Source: a virus | Taxonomy: Duplodnaviria; Caudoviricetes | Direction: 5' to 3' (one strand) | IMG/VR virus record: IMGVR_UViG_3300010340_001122 | DNA length: 64,000 bases | Part shown: in pieces, positions 50,601 to 58,072 of the stretch | Layout: each line of letters opens with the position of its first letter | Position numbering within the stretch: position 1 is the stretch's first letter | Notes under the pieces: model-generated | The model's input: only the letters and a program-made list of their open reading frames with translations | What the model was told of the DNA's origin: nothing | Database searches by the model: none | Translations under genes and position numbers: made by a program

Positions 50601-51023
50601 ATGCTACCAAGAAATAGACGACTCGATAATACAATAGGTTTGGTTGTTTTTAAATTTGAGATGATTGCTAAAGACTGTAATATTCAACAAAGAGAATTTC
50701 AATCTTGGGGATTAACACCAACCGAAGGTAAAAGACATATAGTATTTTTAACTGAAACACCTCAGAAAGTTAATGAATTTATTTCAAAATTAATTTCTGA
50801 TGGTGTTTCTTTTTCTTATAATGATATCACAAAATCAGTTATTAAAATGATTGATGTTGATCCTCTTTTGTATAGAGCCTATAGATATAACTCTATTTTT
50901 AGATGGTGTATTAATCAGATTAGATTAGAAAATTTAAACACTGATGATATTTTGGATAAAATTAACCAATATGGTGAAAAATCACTAGATGATATTGATT
51001 TAATGATTTTAAAAAATTCCTAA
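50601..51023 (+). CDS. Hypothetical protein with C-terminal DDILDKI..G motif
   Basis: DDILDKINQYGEKSLDDID..IL. Confidence 0.65.
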   Translation: MLPRNRRLDNTIGLVVFKFEMIAKDCNIQQREFQSWGLTPTEGKRHIVFLTETPQKVNEFISKLISDGVSFSYNDITKSVIKMIDVDPLLYRAYRYNSIFRWCINQIRLENLNTDDILDKINQYGEKSLDDIDLMILKNS

Positions 51024-51067
51024 ATTGGTATTTTTTCCTTATATTTGTAAAACAAACGACAAAAGAC

Positions 51068-51484
51068 ATGACTAAGTTTTATAAATATATTTGGTGCTTA
51101 CCAGCTCTTGTTCTACACGAACTATCACATATTTTAGTTGCGTTAATATTATTAGGTCGCCTTAAAAAAGTACATGTTAAAAGACTTGATTCTATTAGAT
51201 TGTATATTTCTAATCTAAATACACTATTCCAAGTTAGATTAGTAGCATTTTCACCAATCTTAGTTCCTTTCGTATTTTCTTTACTTTCTTTTAAAAATAC
51301 TGATTTCGTTTGGGGTTTAGTTTATTTACTATCGACTATTAGAACAACACTTCCAAGTTTAGTTGACTTTAAAACAGCGCAAATTAAAGCTCCAGATTTT
51401 ATCAAATCTCTTTATAAAGAAACTAATGAAGATGATTTTGAATTTCCAAATGAAGATGAGATTTCAGTAGACTCTACACTTTAA
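51068..51484 (+). CDS. Putative membrane zinc metallopeptidase
   Basis: LHELSH (HExxH) in hydrophobic context; PS..D. Confidence 0.65.
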   Translation: MTKFYKYIWCLPALVLHELSHILVALILLGRLKKVHVKRLDSIRLYISNLNTLFQVRLVAFSPILVPFVFSLLSFKNTDFVWGLVYLLSTIRTTLPSLVDFKTAQIKAPDFIKSLYKETNEDDFEFPNEDEISVDSTL

Positions 51485-51487
51485 ACC

Positions 51488-52159
51488 CTATCTAGTATAG
51501 GGTTTAAAATTTAACCCTGTTAATACTTCAATTTCAGTCATATTGACTTTACATTGACCAAGTCCTTTAGGTTTTTCTGATTTATTATCAAATACAAAAG
51601 CATAGTAAGTTTTTGTTTTCACTATATAGATAACTTTCCAACATTTTAAAGGTATTGTAAGCCCATTTGACTTCTCATTTATACCAATTGATCCACACCA
51701 AACATAGACAGAATCATTTTCTATGCTTAGTTCCCTTGTCATTATTTCTAGTTTTTTCCAATCTCCAGCATTCAATGAGTGATATTGAGGCGCCATATTT
51801 GAAAAATAGAAACATTCTTCTAATAAAGTTTGATCACATTGATTATCAGCAGCTGGACACATATGTCCTCTATCAATTCCTGGAATCCCTTTTTCTTTGT
51901 GGTTTTTGTTTATTAACTCATATTCATCTTTTAAATCAGTTTGACTCTTTAAAAGTGGATCGGGTTTGAACTTATTTTTTCTAGGAATTTTGTCTAAACA
52001 CTCTAGTCTATTTTTAGTTTCAATCCATTTTACCATTACTGGATAATCAAGTATTGTATCATATATAGATGTATATCCTGTGTGAATTAGAGTTACACAA
52101 TTCTTCTGAGCCAATAATATAGTTGGAAATAGTAGTATTAATAGTAGTATTTTACTCAT
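51488..52159 (-). CDS. Secreted DNA/RNA non-specific endonuclease (NucA/EndoG-like)
   Basis: DRGHMCPAAD, SNMAPQ...LN.G.W..LE; signal peptide from ATG 52159. Confidence 0.92.
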   Translation of the reverse strand: MSKILLLILLFPTILLAQKNCVTLIHTGYTSIYDTILDYPVMVKWIETKNRLECLDKIPRKNKFKPDPLLKSQTDLKDEYELINKNHKEKGIPGIDRGHMCPAADNQCDQTLLEECFYFSNMAPQYHSLNAGDWKKLEIMTRELSIENDSVYVWCGSIGINEKSNGLTIPLKCWKVIYIVKTKTYYAFVFDNKSEKPKGLGQCKVNMTEIEVLTGLNFKPYTR

Positions 52160-52598
52160 TTTTAAAATCTGGATGCTTTTCTCCATATATATCTCGATTA
52201 ATCATTTCAAATTTAAAGTCTGTTAAAAAGTCAATTTCTTTTTTTAAAATTTTCCAAGTTCTTTCGACTCGACCATTACCATTTGATGGTAAGTGTGGAT
52301 TCTTACTTGAATCATATCTTATGGTGAGATTAAACCCTTGTTCATTTAAATATACTCTTATTCTTTTTATATAGTTTTCTAAATATTTAGATGTTACATT
52401 AGTTATATTAATAGATGGATATTTATCACCTTCCTTATATAATTTATCATATTTAGCATAAGGTGGCCACCATTGATATGATACTCTACAATCTATATCA
52501 TCTTTTAAATCATTCATTATGTCAACAATATCTAGCTGAATTTCTCTAGGTATTATCTCGTCTTTCCAATTTTCAAACTTCATTAAATGTCTTAACAT
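52152..52598 (-). CDS. Hypothetical protein, RHL.KFENW family
   Basis: N-terminal motif; DI.DI..DL.D; RI..YL..QGF. Confidence 0.7.
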   Translation of the reverse strand: MLRHLMKFENWKDEIIPREIQLDIVDIMNDLKDDIDCRVSYQWWPPYAKYDKLYKEGDKYPSINITNVTSKYLENYIKRIRVYLNEQGFNLTIRYDSSKNPHLPSNGNGRVERTWKILKKEIDFLTDFKFEMINRDIYGEKHPDFKNE

Positions 52599-52667
52599 AA
52601 TCTATATATAAAAAAAAATTGTAAAAAATCAAAACAAAGGAGTATATTTGTAATATATAATAAATAT

Positions 52668-52739
52668 TGCGGGGTAGAGCAGAGGCAGCTCGTTAGGCTC
52701 ATAACCTAAAGGTCGGTGGTTCGATTCCACCCCCCGCTA
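52668..52739 (+). tRNA. tRNA-Met(CAT), initiator-like
   Basis: TTAGG-CTCATAA-CCTAA anticodon arm, GGTTCGATTCC, unpaired 1:72 (T/T). Confidence 0.92.
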
Positions 52740-52746
52740 CAAAACT

Positions 52747-52774
52747 AAAACCACTAACAATAGTGGTTTTTTTT
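52747..52774 (+). terminator. Intrinsic terminator after tRNA-Met
   Basis: AAAACCACTA-ACAA-TAGTGGTTTTTTTT. Confidence 0.88.
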
Positions 52775-52821
52775 ATTTTCATTTATTATATAGGGAGTGA
52801 AACGGAATTTATATATACCTT

Positions 52822-53529
52822 ATGAATAGTAAAAGAAGATTGAATAAGATATTGATATATGCAAAAAAAATTAAAGCTATCAATATACTTGGTGGTAAAT
52901 GTAAATCTTGTGGTGAGAGTGATATGATCAAATTATGTTTCCATCATACTGATATGTCTGATAAAGAATTTGAAATATCAAAGATAAAATATAATAGATG
53001 GTCTCTTTGGGAAAAGGAAATAAAAAAATGTGAGTTGTTGTGTAACAATTGTCACGTAGAATTTCATCTAAATAATGAGATAACATATAGAAAGTTGAAT
53101 AAAAGTATATTCCTTGAATATAAAAAAATGTTCCATTGTGAAATTTGTGGATATGATAAGTGTCAACAAGCTTTACAATTTCATCATCTTAATGATAAGA
53201 GTTTTGAAATGAGGGGGATTCAGAAGAAATTTAAAAAATTATCTGATGTAGATTCTAATATTCTATTGGAAATAGATAAGTGTAGTGTTATATGTAATAA
53301 CTGCCATGTTTCAATACATTCGGATACACTTTTTTTTCATAATAATAAAGATGAAATTATGAAAAGAGTACATAATCTTAGAGAAAATTCAAGAAAAATC
53401 GATAAAAGTAATGTAATATCAATGTACAAGGATGGTCTTTCTGTTAAAGAAATTATGGACGAGATTGGTTGTAAGAAATCTGCGATCTATGACATTTTAA
53501 GTAAAATGAAAAAAAATTTACCACTTTGA
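52822..53529 (+). CDS. Tandem HNH-like zinc-binding endonuclease with C-terminal HTH
   Basis: Two C..CG....L.FHH....KC...C.NCH..H units. Confidence 0.8.
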   Translation: MNSKRRLNKILIYAKKIKAINILGGKCKSCGESDMIKLCFHHTDMSDKEFEISKIKYNRWSLWEKEIKKCELLCNNCHVEFHLNNEITYRKLNKSIFLEYKKMFHCEICGYDKCQQALQFHHLNDKSFEMRGIQKKFKKLSDVDSNILLEIDKCSVICNNCHVSIHSDTLFFHNNKDEIMKRVHNLRENSRKIDKSNVISMYKDGLSVKEIMDEIGCKKSAIYDILSKMKKNLPL

Positions 53530-53579
53530 ATATTGTATAATTTTTGTATATTTGTGATTGAAACTTTAAACTAAATTTT

Positions 53580-53771
53580 ATGAAAAAAATCAAAATTGTG
53601 ATGATGGCACTAATGATGTGCTCAGTATTTACTTCTTGTTCAAAAGAAGACGACGAAATAAGTAAAAAGTGTAATTGTGGCACTATTGCAAATGATGGTA
53701 TAGATACAAATCCAGATGGTTCTTCTTGTTATTGGTTAAGCACAACATTAGTGCCATTATCAAGATTTTAA
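53580..53771 (+). pseudogene. Cys-rich lipoprotein gene truncated by inversion (90 aa when segment is flipped)
   Basis: Lipobox FTSC; natural continuation is on the minus strand of 53739..53896. Confidence 0.8.
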
Positions 53772-53896
53772 TTGTTTTCATATTACCAACCTGCTTGATT
53801 TGTTACACAAAAATTACTACCTACATGATTATTAATCCAAACATCTTGGTCAAAACAGAATTTCTTTTTATTACCCGAACATTCAGATCTAATCTC
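53739..53896 (-). other. 158-bp inverted segment bounded by GTTA/TAAC
   Basis: Reverse complement supplies the in-frame 3' end of the upstream gene and the signal-peptide start of the downstream gene. Confidence 0.9.
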
Positions 53897-54375
53897 TAAC
53901 AAGTTTATCTTTTGGACAAAATAGCATAGAACATTGTAAGGATGTTATGACTGATAAAGAGTATGCTTTTTTTAAGAAAAATTTATTATGTAGTGATGAT
54001 AATAAAAAGGGATTTGTAATAAGTTTAAACTTAAATGTGAATAATTCTATTGCAGAATACGAAGGTTTTACAATTAAATCAGTTGGAATTGGTGGTTGTG
54101 TGGAAAATAGCAATGTTATCTTTTTATTTGAAGATACAACCAAATTTAGCCTAACTAGTTGGAATAAATTTAATTGTGATGGTAAATCATATTTCGATCT
54201 TAGAGGTGGGACATTTGATGAATTCTCGAATAAAAGAATTAAAGCTATTAGATTTACTAATGGTAGAACACATGATTCATACACCTATATTCTAAAAGAA
54301 AAAGAACGAGAATATTTTATTGAATGTAGAAAATTGCTACTATCAAAAGTTTATGTTGAAACTAAGTGTGAATAA
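53897..54375 (+). pseudogene. Secreted protein gene lacking its start because of the inversion (173 aa when flipped)
   Basis: TSLSFGQ in frame upstream of ATG 53947; missing MKTIKILIMALMLC lies on the minus strand. Confidence 0.8.
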
Positions 54376-54393
54376 AACTAAACTAAATTTTAT

Positions 54394-54882
54394 ATGAAAA
54401 CAATCAAAATTTTGATGATGGCACTAATGATGTGCTTAACAAGTTTATCTTTTGGACAATCGACAGGTGATAGTTCTCATTTGAGGATAAATGAAATTTG
54501 TCAAAGTTGTATTATAAGATCTGAGGATTCATTTATATCTGATTCACTTATTACTTTGAAAACTAATGATTATGTTGAATTTATAGATGTTGCGAAATAT
54601 CCTTATATTAAGGTTAGAAAGGACAATATTATTGGATTTTTAAGTGTTGCTTATGTTAATAATAATATTCATCCGCAGTTTTCTAAAGAAGTTGAAAAAA
54701 ATCATTTAGAATCACAAAAAAGTATAAGAGAAAATAGAGAGAGAAATCCAGATAGTTATTTCAGACACGTAACTTCTGATGGTGATGTTTATGAAATAAA
54801 AACTTGGTACAATGGTAATAGATATACTACAAAGACTTTTATCAATGGTAAGTTAGATAGTGAGTCAAATGGATACTTTTAA
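54394..54882 (+). CDS. Secreted protein, SH3-like segment
   Basis: Signal peptide MKTIKILMMALMMCLTSLSFGQ; YIKV.....IGFLS..YV. Confidence 0.7.
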   Translation: MKTIKILMMALMMCLTSLSFGQSTGDSSHLRINEICQSCIIRSEDSFISDSLITLKTNDYVEFIDVAKYPYIKVRKDNIIGFLSVAYVNNNIHPQFSKEVEKNHLESQKSIRENRERNPDSYFRHVTSDGDVYEIKTWYNGNRYTTKTFINGKLDSESNGYF

Positions 54883-54933
54883 AAAGGAGAGAAAACTTTT
54901 TTAATATATAATAATATAATTTTTACAAAAATA

Positions 54934-54964
54934 TTTGGAGATTTAAAAAATCTTCGTATATTTG
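54934..54964 (+). promoter_or_regulatory. Bacteroidota-type -33/-7 promoter for leader 1 / tRNA array 1
   Basis: TTTG-N19-TATATTTG. Confidence 0.8.
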
Positions 54965-55003
54965 TAAAACAAAACAAAACAAAACAATTTAAAAATAGAA
55001 ATC

Positions 55004-55084
55004 ATGGCAACTTTTGAAACATATTATTATGAAGCGTATGAGGAACACTCAGCGACTGGCAATACTATGTTCGTGAAAAGTTGA
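55004..55084 (+). CDS. Leader peptide 1 (Tyr/Glu-rich) MATFETYYYEAYEEHSATGNTMFVKS
   Basis: 26 codons, 4 TAT + 3 GAA + 1 GAG within codons 5-14; A-rich 5' UTR; followed by terminator. Confidence 0.85.
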   Translation: MATFETYYYEAYEEHSATGNTMFVKS

Positions 55085-55112
55085 TATAGAATATTAACTA
55101 AAAACGCAAAGT

Positions 55113-55148
55113 AACCCAGTCATTCAATAAAAAATGACTGGGTTTTTT
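55113..55148 (+). terminator. Attenuator terminator 1
   Basis: AACCCAGTCATT-N8-AATGACTGGGTTTTTT; 5' arm can alternatively pair with GACTGG 55054..55059. Confidence 0.9.
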
Positions 55149-55161
55149 GTTTTAAATATAT

Positions 55162-55253
55162 TGGGGTATAACGGCAGGGCCACGTAAAGGCCTGACAGAG
55201 TAAAATAAGCCGTATGGATTACCTGTGAGGGGGTTCGATTCCTTCTACCTCAA
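55162..55253 (+). ncRNA. Non-canonical tRNA-like RNA, GTA (Tyr) anticodon, no D arm, long variable arm
   Basis: TGGGGTA/TACCTCA acceptor, GGGCC-ACGTAAA-GGCCT, GGGGG-TTCGATT-CCTTC. Confidence 0.7.
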
Positions 55254-55261
55254 CTAAATAT

Positions 55262-55333
55262 GGTCCCATCATCTAATGGTTAGGATACAAGACTTTCAAT
55301 CTTGAAATGCGGGTTCGATCCCCGTTGGGACTA
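55262..55333 (+). tRNA. tRNA-Glu(TTC)
   Basis: CAAGA-CTTTCAA-TCTTG; full cloverleaf. Confidence 0.92.
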
Positions 55334-55344
55334 CAAAAATATAT

Positions 55345-55428
55345 GGGAGAGTAACCGGTAATTGGTAGCCGCGCGGACTGTAAATCCGCTCTCATTTGAG
55401 ACTGGGGGTTCGAGTCCCTCCTCTCCCA
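55345..55428 (+). tRNA. tRNA-Tyr(GTA)
   Basis: GCGGA-CTGTAAA-TCCGC; long variable arm. Confidence 0.92.
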
Positions 55429-55434
55429 CAAAAT

Positions 55435-55508
55435 GCTCTTGTCGTCTAACGGTAGGACTCCGGTTTTTCAAACCGATGTAGATGCGGGTTCGATTCCCGT
55501 CAAGAGTA
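55435..55508 (+). tRNA. tRNA-Glu(TTC)
   Basis: CGGT-TTTTCAA-ACCG; GCTCTTG/CAAGAGT acceptor. Confidence 0.85.
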
Positions 55509-55513
55509 CAAAT

Positions 55514-55574
55514 GGGATATGTCGTCACAAGGGGTCTGTAAAACCCCTCAGAGGTTCGATTCCTTCATATCCCA
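55514..55574 (+). ncRNA. D-armless 61-nt tRNA-like RNA, GTA (Tyr) anticodon
   Basis: GGGATATG/CATATCCC, AGGGGT-CTGTAAA-ACCCCT, GAGG-TTCGATT-CCTT. Confidence 0.7.
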
Positions 55575-55580
55575 CAAAAT

Positions 55581-55624
55581 GGTCCGCCACGGAGAAGACA
55601 CGGGTTCGAATCCCGTACGGACTA
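55581..55624 (+). ncRNA. Acceptor + T-arm minihelix (tRNA-Glu-like remnant)
   Basis: GGTCCG/CGGACT, ACGGG-TTCGAAT-CCCGT; no D or anticodon arm. Confidence 0.6.
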
Positions 55625-55631
55625 CAAATAT

Positions 55632-55705
55632 GGCCCTGTCGTCTACGATGGCTAGGACATCACCCTCTCAAGGTGAAGAAGGCGGATCGACACCGCTCAG
55701 GGCTA
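55632..55705 (+). tRNA. tRNA-Glu(CTC)
   Basis: TCACC-CTCTCAA-GGTGA; atypical T loop ATCGACA. Confidence 0.88.
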
Positions 55706-55716
55706 CAAATAACTAT

Positions 55717-55802
55717 TGGAAGGTGGCAGAGTGGTTAAATGCGCTTGACTGTAAATCAAGTCTCTTCGGAGTACGGGGGTTCGAATCCCTCCCTTCCAAC
55801 CA
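55717..55802 (+). tRNA. tRNA-Tyr(GTA), CCA encoded
   Basis: CTTGA-CTGTAAA-TCAAG; variable arm CTC-TTCG-GAG; ends ACCA. Confidence 0.95.
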
Positions 55803-55821
55803 ACCAAAATAACGATTGATT

Positions 55822-56895
55822 ATGAAAGGTCTTCAAAGATTTCCAAATATATTCACACTACCAAATAGAAAACTTAGAATTAAATTTGGAATAGATCCAA
55901 CATCTGATAAATTACATTTAGGTCATTTAATTCCTTTACAGATTGTAAAAGAATTTAAAGATAGAGGTGACCAAATTGATATTGTAATTGGTACATTTAC
56001 TGCTCAACTTGGTGATCCAAGTGGTAAAAACTCAATGAGACCAATACTTTCTTTCAATCAAACCCTAAAAAACTCAGAGTCTGTAATTGAACAAATTAAA
56101 AGAATCTTAGGAAATGATGTCAATATACATCTTAATCATACATGGTTTGAGAACATGTCAATGATAGAGATGATGAATTTAATGTCAAAATTTACTGTTG
56201 GTAATTTACTTAATAGAGATTCTTTTCAAAATAGAATTAAGGAATCTAATCCTATTGGGATGCATGAATTAATGGTTCCAATTTTACAAGGACTTGATTC
56301 TGTATTTCTTAAATCCGATGTTGAGATTGGTGGTTCAGATCAACTTTTTAATTTCAAAATTAGCCGTGAACTTCAAGTTATTTCTGGTCAAGAACCAGAG
56401 AATTGCTTGTTAGCTCCTATTATTAATGGCACCGATGGGAGAAAAATGTCTAAAACATTTAATAATTGTATATTTATCAACGATACTCCTCAAGATGTTT
56501 TTGGTAAGTGTATGTCTATTTCAGATGATACAATGGAAGAATGGTCTCAAATATTTTTAATTGATTCAACCATTACACATCCGATGCTTAAAAAGAAAAA
56601 ATTGGCACATAAAATTACACATTTAATTTGGGGAGAGGATTTGGCAAATAGTGCCATGAATCATTTTGAGACTGTTATTCAAGGTCGAAATATTCCAGAT
56701 GAAATGCCTGAAACCAATGATAGAAATCTAATTAATGTTGTTAAAATACTAAGAAATACTTCTATTAACCAAAGTAGGAGACTTCTTGAGTCAAATGCTG
56801 TAAAAGTTAACGGTGAAGTTGTTAATAGTAATATTGAGTTATCAATTGGTGATGTTGTGAAAGTTGGCAAAAAAGATTTTGTAAAGATTGTTTAG
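55822..56895 (+). CDS. tyrS: Tyrosyl-tRNA synthetase
   Basis: KFGIDPT..LHLGH, GDPSG, LQG.D, GGSDQ.FN, KMSKT, C-terminal S4 domain. Confidence 0.93.
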   Translation: MKGLQRFPNIFTLPNRKLRIKFGIDPTSDKLHLGHLIPLQIVKEFKDRGDQIDIVIGTFTAQLGDPSGKNSMRPILSFNQTLKNSESVIEQIKRILGNDVNIHLNHTWFENMSMIEMMNLMSKFTVGNLLNRDSFQNRIKESNPIGMHELMVPILQGLDSVFLKSDVEIGGSDQLFNFKISRELQVISGQEPENCLLAPIINGTDGRKMSKTFNNCIFINDTPQDVFGKCMSISDDTMEEWSQIFLIDSTITHPMLKKKKLAHKITHLIWGEDLANSAMNHFETVIQGRNIPDEMPETNDRNLINVVKILRNTSINQSRRLLESNAVKVNGEVVNSNIELSIGDVVKVGKKDFVKIV

Positions 56896-56937
56896 TATGT
56901 GAATTTTTCATATATTAGCCGAGTATTAAATGTCCTT

Positions 56938-57294
56938 ATGATAACAGTAATAGATAGAAATATATTAAATCAATTAAACGAATCAGGTATTGTGCTTGTC
57001 AATACTGACGATATTGATGGTCTTCTAATGGGGAAAGAGTTAATGTCATCGTCTCCTGATCCAAATGAATCTAAATTAGTTCCAACGGTTTTATATTCTT
57101 TATATCTAACATTTAAAGAGATTGATAAGGTTTTTATTAACTCAGTTAAAATTTCGGATAAAGACATTAAATTCGTTCATACAGATAAAAATAATTTAGT
57201 AATAAGAAATATTGATTTTTGTGATGATATTGTAATAGATTATGATACAAAACAAGATATGAGAGAAAAAAAACTAAACAAATTCATAAAATGA
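56938..57294 (+). CDS. Hypothetical protein with C-terminal REKKLNKF motif
   Basis: ATG 56938; C-terminal motif family. Confidence 0.6.
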   Translation: MITVIDRNILNQLNESGIVLVNTDDIDGLLMGKELMSSSPDPNESKLVPTVLYSLYLTFKEIDKVFINSVKISDKDIKFVHTDKNNLVIRNIDFCDDIVIDYDTKQDMREKKLNKFIK

Positions 57295-57555
57295 CGACAA
57301 AAGAAAAAGCGATTCAAATTTTAGATAGATTTATTCAATTAAATGGAAATTCTTTCTTTGCTAAAGAATGTTCTATTTTTAGTTGATGAAATATTAAAAC
57401 AATTTGATGGTTTGCATAAACCTGAATATTGCGCTTTTGATGCGATAGGTGAGAGAAAATTTACATTTGAAAGTGAATATCCTAATTATATGACAGGATA
57501 TGATATGATTGAATATTGGAAACAAGTGAAAATTGAAATTGATAAAATTCTTTAA
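57291..57555 (+). pseudogene. Frameshifted MT.KEKA...AK.C...VDEIL...YW.QVK.EI-type phage protein
   Basis: MTTKEKA..AKECSI in one frame and LVDEIL..YWKQVKIEI in another; shift in T-run 57376..57380. Confidence 0.65.
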
Positions 57556-57563
57556 AAAAATTA

Positions 57564-57595
57564 TTAGGAAGATAAAACTTTTTTATATATATTTG
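57564..57595 (+). promoter_or_regulatory. Bacteroidota-type promoter for leader 2 / tRNA array 2
   Basis: TTAG-N20-TATATTTG. Confidence 0.7.
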
Positions 57596-57617
57596 TATAA
57601 CATAAAACAGAAATAAA

Positions 57618-57695
57618 ATGAAAGCAGTTAATAACATATCAATCATAGGGAACGGCGCGATAGCGGGCGGTAGACCCATTATGCTGATTGGTTAA
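57618..57695 (+). CDS. Leader peptide 2 (Ile/Gly/Ala-rich) MKAVNNISIIGNGAIAGGRPIMLIG
   Basis: 25 codons; 3 ATA, 5 Gly, 3 Ala; A-rich 5' UTR; followed by terminator. Confidence 0.85.
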   Translation: MKAVNNISIIGNGAIAGGRPIMLIG

Positions 57696-57722
57696 GTATT
57701 AACTCTTTCATAAAGAATACTT

Positions 57723-57756
57723 AAAAACCCAGTCAGTAAATTGACTGGGTTTTTTT
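57723..57756 (+). terminator. Attenuator terminator 2
   Basis: AAAAACCCAGTCAG-TAAA-TTGACTGGGTTTTTTT; 5' arm alternatively pairs with CTGATTGG 57684..57691. Confidence 0.9.
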
Positions 57757-57760
57757 ATTT

Positions 57761-57841
57761 CGGCAGGTACCGTTGGTGTCTTATACACACTATACACGTA
57801 GCGGGAAGTTGAAAACGTGGGTTCGAATCCCACTCTGCCGA
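57761..57841 (+). ncRNA. Non-canonical tRNA-like RNA, TAT (Ile AUA) anticodon, no D arm, long variable region
   Basis: CGGCAGG/TCTGCCG, GGTGT-CTTATAC-ACACT, GTGGG-TTCGAAT-CCCAC. Confidence 0.75.
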
Positions 57842-57843
57842 CA

Positions 57844-57917
57844 AACTCAAACTTGTGTTAACTCTTTGAGAGTGAAGTTGTGTACACAACAGGTTAATTC
57901 CCATAAGTCCCTGAGTT
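57844..57917 (+). ncRNA. Unidentified structured RNA inside tRNA array 2
   Basis: AACTCA/TGAGTT, ACTTGTG/CATAAGT, TTAAC/GTTAA stacked stems with two apical hairpins. Confidence 0.5.
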
Positions 57918-57920
57918 ACT

Positions 57921-57994
57921 GCAGAAGTGGTGTTTAATGGTTAGCATGTGAGACTTCCACTCTCAAGGTGCCGGTTCGAATCCGGTCTTCTGCT
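57921..57994 (+). tRNA. tRNA-Gly(TCC)
   Basis: TGAGA-CTTCCAC-TCTCA; U73. Confidence 0.93.
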
Positions 57995-58000
57995 CAATAA

Positions 58001-58072
58001 GCGGGTATCGTATAACGGTTATTACTCTAGCCTTCCAAGCCTGAGATCTCGGTTCGATTCCGGGTGCCCGCT
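58001..58072 (+). tRNA. tRNA-Gly(TCC), mismatched anticodon stem
   Basis: GCGGGTA/TGCCCGC, loop CTTCCAA, U73. Confidence 0.82.

Noticed and set aside
52640-52774. Third attenuator at tRNA-Met
   Set aside because: Promoter directly precedes the tRNA and the terminator is downstream; no leader ORF
53725-53903. Longer inverted repeat CTTGTTA/TAACAAG as the inversion boundary
   Set aside because: Flipping there would not keep the upstream gene in frame; the GTTA 53735 / TAAC 53897 junction restores both genes
54966-55148. T-box riboswitch controlling tyrS
   Set aside because: No UGGNACC T-box bulge or stem I motifs; the codon-rich ORF and helix geometry fit ribosome-mediated attenuation. The (AAAAC)4 run at 54966 is treated as an A-rich UTR, not a functional repeat
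55331-55812. ORFs 55331..55528, 55433..55738, 55519..55812 (and 58133..58327)
   Set aside because: Shadow frames over GC-rich tRNA genes
57482-57679. Minus-strand 65-aa ORF over leader 2
   Set aside because: Antisense to the promoter-leader-terminator unit; no independent support
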